Source: Pseudomonadota bacterium
GTDB lineage: Bacteria; Bdellovibrionota_B; Oligoflexia; Oligoflexales; CAIMVM01
Length of the DNA stretch: 22,115 nt
NCBI GenBank assembly: GCA_037142195.1
Contig: JBAXBA010000064.1
Span: 1-22,115, forward strand
Reading direction: 5' to 3'
Positions 16,141 through 22,115 of this stretch are shown here, piece by piece. Position 1 is the first letter of the stretch. Each line of letters opens with the position of its first letter. Both the position numbers and the translations under genes were made by a program. Below the pieces are notes generated by a model that saw nothing but the letters and a program-made list of their open reading frames with translations, searched no databases and had not been told where the DNA came from.

Positions 16141-17058
16141 TTATATCTGGATCTTGCCTTCAAATACAAATCTTCCGGGCCCCGCCAGTGTGAAAGAATG
16201 TTTGTCTTTTTTACAATAGAGGCGACCACCTGGCATATCGATGGCGATCCAATGGGACTCGCCTAAAAATCCTTGGGACCAAGCTGTCGCTGCCACAGAG
16301 CAGGCTCCGCTGCCACAGGCGGGAGTGGCTCCGACCCCACGCTCATAACAAAAGACTACGTGGAGTTCATCTATGGTTTCCCCAATATCTTGCATGGCAC
16401 GAGCGAGGTCGTCCTTTTTAATGGGGACTTCCTCATCCAGATGAACATTGATGCCGTCCCAACTTTTAAATTTCTGAAGAGGAGGCCCCACCAAATCGAG
16501 GTTTTCGCTCGTCGCGGGTAAATTCTTTAAAACAAGATGTTTATTGCCTATGTCAACCGCGTGAGTATGAAGTGACCCTAAATTTGCGGTCCTTAACCAC
16601 TGATTAAGTTCCGACCTTCCCTCCTCAAACCAAGGAAGCTCCTGGTTCTGTTTTACCTGTCCCATATTTACAGCTACAAAAGGTTGAGCACCTTTGTAAA
16701 ACTGGCAAATAAAAGATCTTTGCATGACTCGGATTTCGACCACATCAGGTGTAGGAATCCCTAAATCCAAATGCTTCTTTCGAATGGCAAGGGCCGCCAC
16801 TCGCAGCCCATTGCCACAGTTTGCCGCCATGCTGCCATCAGCATTAATGATGGACATAAGCGAGGGCAGGGGGTCTGAAGAGTTTCGATGGTGAAGAACG
16901 AGTATGCCATCAGCACCAATGCCTGTGCCATCTTTATTGCAGAGAGCTTTCGCCTGACGTCTCAGGGAATCTAAAACAATCTCGCCTTCGTGATCAGGAA
17001 GCCACACAATTATAAAATCATTTTTGCATCCATGCCATTTTTCAAAAGTCTTAATCAT
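16141..17058 (-). CDS. dapF: Diaminopimelate epimerase
   Basis: KWHGCKNDF, GIGADG, NADGS..ANCGNGLR, GNKH and ERGVGATPACGSGAC, with both catalytic Cys present. Confidence 0.95.
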   Translation of the reverse strand: MIKTFEKWHGCKNDFIIVWLPDHEGEIVLDSLRRQAKALCNKDGTGIGADGILVLHHRNSSDPLPSLMSIINADGSMAANCGNGLRVAALAIRKKHLDLGIPTPDVVEIRVMQRSFICQFYKGAQPFVAVNMGQVKQNQELPWFEEGRSELNQWLRTANLGSLHTHAVDIGNKHLVLKNLPATSENLDLVGPPLQKFKSWDGINVHLDEEVPIKKDDLARAMQDIGETIDELHVVFCYERGVGATPACGSGACSVAATAWSQGFLGESHWIAIDMPGGRLYCKKDKHSFTLAGPGRFVFEGKIQI

Positions 17059-17774
17059 TTAGGTTCTCCTGGGTCCGTCAGCTTATAACCGCGCCCACGT
17101 ACACTTATTAAATATTTAGGGTTAGAAGGATCTACTTCCAGAATTTTTCTGAGCCTCAATATAAAGTTGTCTACGGTGCGCGATTCAATGTCTCCATTAA
17201 GTCCCCAAACCTCTCTCAAGAGATGCTCGCGACTTAGAACTTTATCTTTATGGGAAAGGAATTCTTTTAAAAGGTCTGCTTCTAATGCTGTAAGGGGTAT
17301 CCCTTCTTGACCAGAAACTCTAAGCACTAGCGAATCATGATCAAGTGTCCAACGTGTAAAATCACCTTTTTTAGTTTCAATTTTCTGCTCTTTAAACAAT
17401 TTAGATCGCTCAATCATTCGGGAAACTCGAGCCATGAGTTCTAAAAGGTTAAATGGTTTGGTAAGGTAATCGTCTGCACCACCAGTGAGTCCTTCTAGCC
17501 GATCTTGATCAGATGCTCTGGCTGTTAACATGAGGATGCCCGTTCTCGTGTCTTCAAGCCGAATCTTTTCAAGGATTTGAAACCCATCAACTTCCGGCAG
17601 GTTGACGTCTAGAATGATGGCATCAAAAGGCTTTTCAGATTGGTAGAGATTGAGAGCAGTCTTTCCATTCATAGCGGCTATAATCTCATAGCCTTCAGCT
17701 TGCAAATTGTACTGTAGCATAAATGATATATGTTGTTCGTCTTCGACAAGCAATATTTTTGGTCGACTATTCAT
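17055..17774 (-). CDS. OmpR/PhoB-family DNA-binding response regulator
   Basis: LLVEDE, ILDVNLP, LMLTA, GADDYLTKPF, and winged-helix SRTVDNFILRLR...SVRGRGY. Confidence 0.95.
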   Translation of the reverse strand: MNSRPKILLVEDEQHISFMLQYNLQAEGYEIIAAMNGKTALNLYQSEKPFDAIILDVNLPEVDGFQILEKIRLEDTRTGILMLTARASDQDRLEGLTGGADDYLTKPFNLLELMARVSRMIERSKLFKEQKIETKKGDFTRWTLDHDSLVLRVSGQEGIPLTALEADLLKEFLSHKDKVLSREHLLREVWGLNGDIESRTVDNFILRLRKILEVDPSNPKYLISVRGRGYKLTDPGEPK

Positions 17775-18738
17775 GAAGAGATCCTTTCCAAGGAATTTCT
17801 ACTAAAAAAGAAGATCCGAACCCCTCTCCCAAGCTCGAAACTTCGACTTTGCCGCCTAAAATCTTGGTGACCGATTTTACTAAAAAAAGTCCTACTCCCG
17901 TTCCAGGTAAAGCTTTGGATATGGCTACATTTCCACGTTGAAAGAGTCTAAAGATTCGTTTCATATCTTGACTTCTAATTCCAAATCCTTGATCGGTAAT
18001 TGTGGTTTTTATGGATGTATGATTTTTTTCAACGGAAATCTTAATAGGCGAGCCGGCAGGAGAGTACTTCACCGCATTTTCAATGATATTACCAAAAATT
18101 AAAATTAAAGCATTGATTGAGGCGCGTACGATAATATCATCATCGCACTTCATCTCGACTCGTTCTTGGATAGTAGGATCAAGCCATGCTGCCCGTTCCG
18201 TCGATTGAATCAAAATAGTTTTGAGGTTTAAAATTTCCGCAGTTTTAGAAAAATCTTCTACACCTCGGTCTAACCTTGAGGAGAGTAAAACTTGATTGAC
18301 TAACCGAAGTAGTCTTTCAATGTCGATTTTTGCCATAGAAAGCATTTGTGATTGTAAGTCGTGACTGAGCCGACGGGTTTCAGCAGTTTCAATCATGAGC
18401 TTTAGACTTGCAAGTGGCGAACGTAACTCATGAGTGACACTTGAAACAAAAGCCTGTTGTTGTCGGAGGGAGACGGTTTGTCTTTGGCTGACGACAAAGA
18501 TCCAAATAGAGCCGACTAGAAGCATGCCCAATAGAATGCAGCCAACGACCAGGGCTGTGATGGTGATATGAGATTCTATAGCCAGAGGCAGGGAAGATCG
18601 CATGACTTCAATGACTTCTCTGGCATTGACAAACCAATGCACCCATAAAATAGCAATTGAGATCCACACAATTTGCGAAGTGACAAATATAAATATGGGA
18701 TGAAATAACACTTTGAATGTAGAACGTAATAGGGACAT
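17767..18738 (-). CDS. Two-TM sensor histidine kinase (HisKA-HATPase)
   Basis: H-box VTHELRSPL, N-box NIIENAVKYS, DQGFGI, F-box and GTGVGL. ATG at 18738 preferred over GTG at 18765. Confidence 0.93.
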   Translation of the reverse strand: MSLLRSTFKVLFHPIFIFVTSQIVWISIAILWVHWFVNAREVIEVMRSSLPLAIESHITITALVVGCILLGMLLVGSIWIFVVSQRQTVSLRQQQAFVSSVTHELRSPLASLKLMIETAETRRLSHDLQSQMLSMAKIDIERLLRLVNQVLLSSRLDRGVEDFSKTAEILNLKTILIQSTERAAWLDPTIQERVEMKCDDDIIVRASINALILIFGNIIENAVKYSPAGSPIKISVEKNHTSIKTTITDQGFGIRSQDMKRIFRLFQRGNVAISKALPGTGVGLFLVKSVTKILGGKVEVSSLGEGFGSSFLVEIPWKGSLHE

Positions 18739-18780
18739 AACAACCGCCAAACGATTCAAGCACACGGACCGATGACCGTT

Positions 18781-18809
18781 AAAGTATCATGGCGTCCGGC
18801 CTATGTCAT
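18781..18809 (-). promoter_or_regulatory. Sigma70-type promoter for the HK-RR-dapF unit
   Basis: ATGACA-17 bp-TACTTT with a TGn extension. Confidence 0.5.
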
Positions 18810-18811
18810 TA

Positions 18812-19375
18812 TTAGTGATAGAAGGTAACAGGAAGACCGTTCTTCCTCATGAAGTTTTGAATTTTCCACGATATATTTAGCGATGTATGTGCCGTAAGAC
18901 CCGACAGGGAAATAAAGGACTTTTCAATTTTCTGATTGAAATACGATTTTTGAAGGATTTCTCCAATAAAAAGGAGAGTCTTTAGGGGATCAAGAAAGTT
19001 CTCAGGTAGATGGATTCCTACATTTTTTTGGCCAATGCCTTCCATGTGCTGGCGAGCAGCTGCACAATATTCTGCTAAATCTTGGTGGCTGAGTGACTTG
19101 GGAGCGTGAAGCAACAAAAGTAGAAAGGGCTCGGCGCAGGTTTGCTGAGACAATAGAATCGGCTCGTTTCCGGCAGAAAGCCCTTTCGCAGCCAAATTTT
19201 GCATCAATTCAGATAACGACTCGAATTTGGAAAGGTCTGAGGTTTTTAGAGAGCCTTCTTTAAAGAAAGTGACCCAGAAAAATGCACTTTGACTGCTTAC
19301 TTTTCGCAGAAGTTGTAAGGATAGTTCAGGCAAAATAACTTGGCTGGGGTGTAAGCTTGTAGCTACGTTCTCCAT
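18812..19375 (-). CDS. Hypothetical protein (weak resemblance to a stand-alone M17 aminopeptidase N-terminal fold)
   Basis: 187-aa ORF filling the gap in a co-oriented run, with an AAGGA RBS. The fold suggestion is by eye only. Confidence 0.6.
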   Translation of the reverse strand: MENVATSLHPSQVILPELSLQLLRKVSSQSAFFWVTFFKEGSLKTSDLSKFESLSELMQNLAAKGLSAGNEPILLSQQTCAEPFLLLLLHAPKSLSHQDLAEYCAAARQHMEGIGQKNVGIHLPENFLDPLKTLLFIGEILQKSYFNQKIEKSFISLSGLTAHTSLNISWKIQNFMRKNGLPVTFYH

Positions 19376-19416
19376 ATCTATCCTTTCACCGGTTCGAATG
19401 AGGTCAGTCAGAAGGC

Positions 19417-19833
19417 TTACTTTCGAATGGACTTCGCAGCGGAATCTAGCAGTCCATTAACAAAACGTGCGGAATCTTCAGTACCAAATTTCTTAGCCAA
19501 TTCAATCGCTTCATTTAAGATGACTTTCGTGGGTGTTTCCGAATCTAGGAGTTCCCATATGGCCATTCGTAAAAGACAGCGATCGGTAGCTGGGAGTCGG
19601 CCTACAGACCATTGTTTCGCATTTTCGCCAATGATGACATCAATGGGATCTAACCTTCCTAAGGTGCCTTCACAAAGCATTCGACAACGCTCCATGGTAT
19701 CGGAAGGGGCTTCAAAATGCTGAGTAAATGACTGAAAGTGGGGTTCAGAAAAATAATTTAAGGTCTCAGAATCACATTGGTAGAGAAATTTGAAGGCATT
19801 TTCTCTGGCTAGTCTTAATTGGTCTGCTGACAT
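19417..19833 (-). CDS. nusB: Transcription antitermination factor NusB
   Basis: RLARENAFKFLYQ, DRCLLRMAIWEL, VILNEAIELAKKFG and FVNGLLD; follows ribH. Confidence 0.96.
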   Translation of the reverse strand: MSADQLRLARENAFKFLYQCDSETLNYFSEPHFQSFTQHFEAPSDTMERCRMLCEGTLGRLDPIDVIIGENAKQWSVGRLPATDRCLLRMAIWELLDSETPTKVILNEAIELAKKFGTEDSARFVNGLLDSAAKSIRK

Positions 19834-20258
19834 TAGTTGAGCTCCCTAAGAACTTTAACCATAGCTAGTGCCGCATGAGCTGATTCCACGCCTTTGTTGC
19901 CAAGTTTTAAGCCCGATCGATTCATCGCTTGATCGACAGTATCTGTCGCTAAAACTCCAAAAATAACCGGTATGCCAGAATCCAGGGAGACTTTCATAAT
20001 CCCTGAAGCCACCTGCGAGGAGACCAAGTCAAAATGAGGAGTTTCACCGCGGATCACACAGCCCAAACAAACAATGGCATCCCAATTTCCGGTTTTAGCG
20101 GCCTTTTGCGCCGCTACAGGAAGCTCAAAAGCGCCAGGCACCCAAAGTGATTTCACTTTTGCCTGAGCTTCTTCCAGGGTCTGACGCGCACCAAGTTCCA
20201 GGGATCTTGTAACGGTATCATTAAATTTCGCAGTTAAAATCAAAACGCGGCTCGTCAT
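19833..20258 (-). CDS. ribH: 6,7-dimethyl-8-ribityllumazine synthase
   Basis: AKFN, VPGAFELP, LGCVIRGETPHFD, PVIFGVL and NKG. Confidence 0.97.
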   Translation of the reverse strand: MTSRVLILTAKFNDTVTRSLELGARQTLEEAQAKVKSLWVPGAFELPVAAQKAAKTGNWDAIVCLGCVIRGETPHFDLVSSQVASGIMKVSLDSGIPVIFGVLATDTVDQAMNRSGLKLGNKGVESAHAALAMVKVLRELN

Positions 20259-20274
20259 AGGTACCTCTTCATAT

Positions 20275-20283
20275 ATAATATCA
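20275..20283 (-). promoter_or_regulatory. Possible internal extended -10 promoter for ribH-nusB
   Basis: TGaTATTAT just upstream of the GAAGAGG RBS of ribH. Confidence 0.35.
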
Positions 20284-20319
20284 GCTAATAGGAAATCGAT
20301 ATAGATCTGTACCCAAGCT

Positions 20320-21450
20320 TTACTTGGGATCCAGGAGTTCTTTGGAGGCCACTATTTCAAGCCCAAAGGCACCCAGCCCCCAAATCTGCTTCTTACCTGA
20401 AATATGTAAGCACATTTTTTTAACACCTAAGGTTCGAAGGATTTGAGCACCAATTCCATACATTCTAGGATCCGACACGGATTTTGAATTTGAATTCATA
20501 GTCTCGTTGAGCTCTTCCAGCATAAGGGAATTTCCACTAGAGCCGCAAAGATAAACTAAAACCCCGCTTTCGGACTCTTTGAGCATGCGTAGCCCCGCAT
20601 CAATCTTGCCAAAAGCTCCCTGCTCCATAAAAACATCGGCTATGGGATGCTTTCTATGAACACGGACTTGAGTGACCTGCTCAGAAAAGTTGCTACCTTT
20701 GAGGAGAGCAAAATGCAGTTGTTGATCTTGCTTATTTTGAAACCACACTCCCTGGAAGACTCCGTGAATGGTTTTCACTTCCTGACGAGCCACTTCTTCG
20801 ACGAGGCTGTCATGCATAAGCCTAAAGGTAATGAGGTCCTCTATGGATACGATTTCCAAGGCATGCTTTTTAGCAAACTGCTCTAGATCTTTTCGACGGG
20901 CCATCGTCCCGTCGTCATTGATGATTTCGCAGATTACTGCAGCCTCTTTTTTACCAGCCAATCGGGCTAGATCCACACTGCCCTCAGTATGTCCCGCCCG
21001 CTCCAAGACACCGCCTACTCTGGCCTTTAAGGGAAAGATATGTCCAGGTACGAGGATATCTTCCGGCGTGGTCTGATCTGCAATTGCCGTAAGGATCGTA
21101 TGGGAGCGATCCGAAGCGGAAATGCCTGTAGTAACGCCTGTTTTAGCCTCAATACTTACGGTAAAGGCAGTCGCTAATTGGGAATGAAATTTAGAATGGT
21201 CCCCCATTTGCGGCAGTTTTAATCTTTCGATAAATTCTGATGCCAGGGGAAGACAGATAAGGCCTCGGGCTTCTTTAGCCATGAAGTTGACTTTAGCAGG
21301 GGTGCAGTCTTGGGCTGCAAAAACTAAATCGCCTTCGTTTTCGCGATCTTCGTCGTCAACCATAATAACCATGCCGCCTGCTTTAATGACTTCGATTGCA
21401 CGAAGCACTCTTTCAACAGCTTTTTTTTGTGAAGCTTCAGGATGATTCAT
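20320..21450 (-). CDS. ribB: 3,4-dihydroxy-2-butanone-4-phosphate synthase fused to a degenerate GTP cyclohydrolase II-like domain (RibBA/RibBX)
   Basis: [42 protein letters not shown] and ICEI. The C-domain has VRVH and YGIGAQIL but lacks the Zn-binding Cys and EGRG. Confidence 0.93.
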   Translation of the reverse strand: MNHPEASQKKAVERVLRAIEVIKAGGMVIMVDDEDRENEGDLVFAAQDCTPAKVNFMAKEARGLICLPLASEFIERLKLPQMGDHSKFHSQLATAFTVSIEAKTGVTTGISASDRSHTILTAIADQTTPEDILVPGHIFPLKARVGGVLERAGHTEGSVDLARLAGKKEAAVICEIINDDGTMARRKDLEQFAKKHALEIVSIEDLITFRLMHDSLVEEVARQEVKTIHGVFQGVWFQNKQDQQLHFALLKGSNFSEQVTQVRVHRKHPIADVFMEQGAFGKIDAGLRMLKESESGVLVYLCGSSGNSLMLEELNETMNSNSKSVSDPRMYGIGAQILRTLGVKKMCLHISGKKQIWGLGAFGLEIVASKELLDPK

Positions 21451-21511
21451 CCAAGAGGTCCTTTCATGTCAAAGATCATCCGGACACCCTTGGTGGGACC
21501 CGGTTTGGGCC

Positions 21512-21541
21512 AACATACAAGAAAGGCCCGCCGTTTGGCAA
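21512..21541 (-). promoter_or_regulatory. Candidate sigma70 promoter for the rib operon
   Basis: TTGCCA-18 bp-TATGTT, with an A9 tract (T9 at 21562-21570 on the plus strand) upstream. Confidence 0.35.
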
Positions 21542-21681
21542 GCGAAGCCTTCTGCGCATTGTTTTTTTTTGAGGTTTTGGAAGCTTGCCCTGAACGAGGA
21601 GGAATTCACCACCTTGGTTATTTAAATATTCAGCAATCTTCCGCGGTGGTTAATAAAGTAATAGTTAAGTGATCTTAAATA

Positions 21682-21709
21682 TTGACCCTAGGCCGTTGCG
21701 GCGTAGTAT
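21682..21709 (+). promoter_or_regulatory. Candidate sigma70 promoter pointing away from the rib operon
   Basis: TTGACC-16 bp-TAGTAT with an AT-rich upstream region. Confidence 0.5.
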
Positions 21710-21714
21710 TCACC

Positions 21715-21931
21715 ATGATCTTTAGCGGATCGTGTTTTGGGGTTCGAATCAGGGCTGGTTTTTCGCTTATATAGCCCATCCGTCTCTTCGGAGACAACCG
21801 TCCTTAAAAAGGACAACACTCTAGTCTTCCTGTCTTGCAAAGCTTCCAATTAGCGCACACCACTTTGAAAAGCCCTCCTGATTCCCCCAAAAAACTAAAA
21901 TCCGGCACTAAACAGCCGGATTTTTGTTTTT
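21715..21931 (+). ncRNA. Candidate structured small RNA (~215 nt), family unknown
   Basis: Bounded by a promoter-like element and a terminator. Long-range helix 21735-21753/21877-21892 and internal hairpins including a cUUCGg tetraloop. No long ORF. Confidence 0.35.
21897..21931. terminator. Bidirectional intrinsic terminator
   Basis: AAAATCCGGC-ACTAAACA-GCCGGATTTT perfect 10-bp stem, with T-rich tails on both strands. Confidence 0.75.
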
Positions 21932-22115
21932 AAACAGACATGGAAACATGCGCCTTTTCTGGGGGCGCGACACTCAGAGAGTTGCCAGCAACCTCCTGGG
22001 CAACCTCCAAAACGCCTCTTGTTCTTGTCGGCTCACGGGCAAAAATAGCCCCGCTATCAGCCGCTACATGAAACTTACGCAAACTTGTGCATAACAAGTT
22101 GACTGTTCATTTCCC

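Noticed and set aside
18800..18820. Pho box near the HK promoter (TGTCAT...GTGAT)
   Set aside because: The second half-site is poor and off the 11-bp period; the sequence is better explained as a -35 element.
434..21076. Numerous 60-105 aa ORFs nested in or antisense to larger genes
   Set aside because: Shadow ORFs of well-supported genes with no protein motifs.
21470..21615. FMN riboswitch upstream of ribB (fragments GTCCGGATG, TTCAGGGC and GGTGAATTCC on the minus strand)
   Set aside because: The fragments are in the wrong order and the conserved ACCGGCGGT, AGCCCGC and CCGACGGT segments are missing.
21442..21672. 76-aa plus-strand ORF from the track
   Set aside because: It overlaps the ribB start and its candidate promoter, runs through a T9 tract and has no recognisable motif.
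21739..21750. GGGGTTCGAATC resembles a tRNA/tmRNA T-loop
   Set aside because: The flanks do not form a T-stem, and there is no cloverleaf, acceptor stem or CCA end.
21720..21885. CsrB/RsmY-type sRNA on the minus strand (several GGA motifs)
   Set aside because: Only about five GGA, not clearly above chance, and they sit in stems or linkers rather than hairpin loops.
22030..22100. c-di-GMP-I (GEMM) riboswitch suggested by GGGCAAA...ACGCAAA
   Set aside because: No GNRA-capped P2 with receptor between the motifs, and no matching P3/CTAA element.

Overview
A moderately AT-rich window of core chromosome from a Gram-negative bacterium. Gene style suggests a Bdellovibrionota/Oligoflexia-like or other deltaproteobacterial-type organism (inference only). 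Left to right: (1) a minus-strand run of a GT9 heptosyltransferase, waaA and an Rne/Rng ribonuclease truncated by the window edge; (2) a divergent three-gene operon of a membrane-anchored hypothetical, a 785-aa lipoprotein with a 12-bp x4 repeat, and a PilZ protein; (3) an amino-sugar locus in which a PIG-L deacetylase, a long MurQ/GKRP-like SIS protein and an acyltransferase lie back-to-back with nagB, galU, a CheY-like receiver and acs; (4) a 548-bp non-coding gap with a dense DnaA-box cluster (oriC- or datA/DARS-like) and no dnaA in view; (5) a minus-strand run that is transcribed ribB(A/X), ribH, nusB, hypothetical, histidine kinase, OmpR-type regulator, dapF, then a PilZ/PEGA-like gene with a sigma28-like promoter; (6) a 665-bp highly structured non-coding end with a candidate ~215-nt sRNA. 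No mobile elements, CRISPR arrays, tRNA or rRNA were seen. Best leads: the orphan DnaA-box cluster, the GKRP-like/PIG-L/NagB amino-sugar module with apparently leaderless divergent transcripts, and the structured RNA region upstream of the riboflavin operon.
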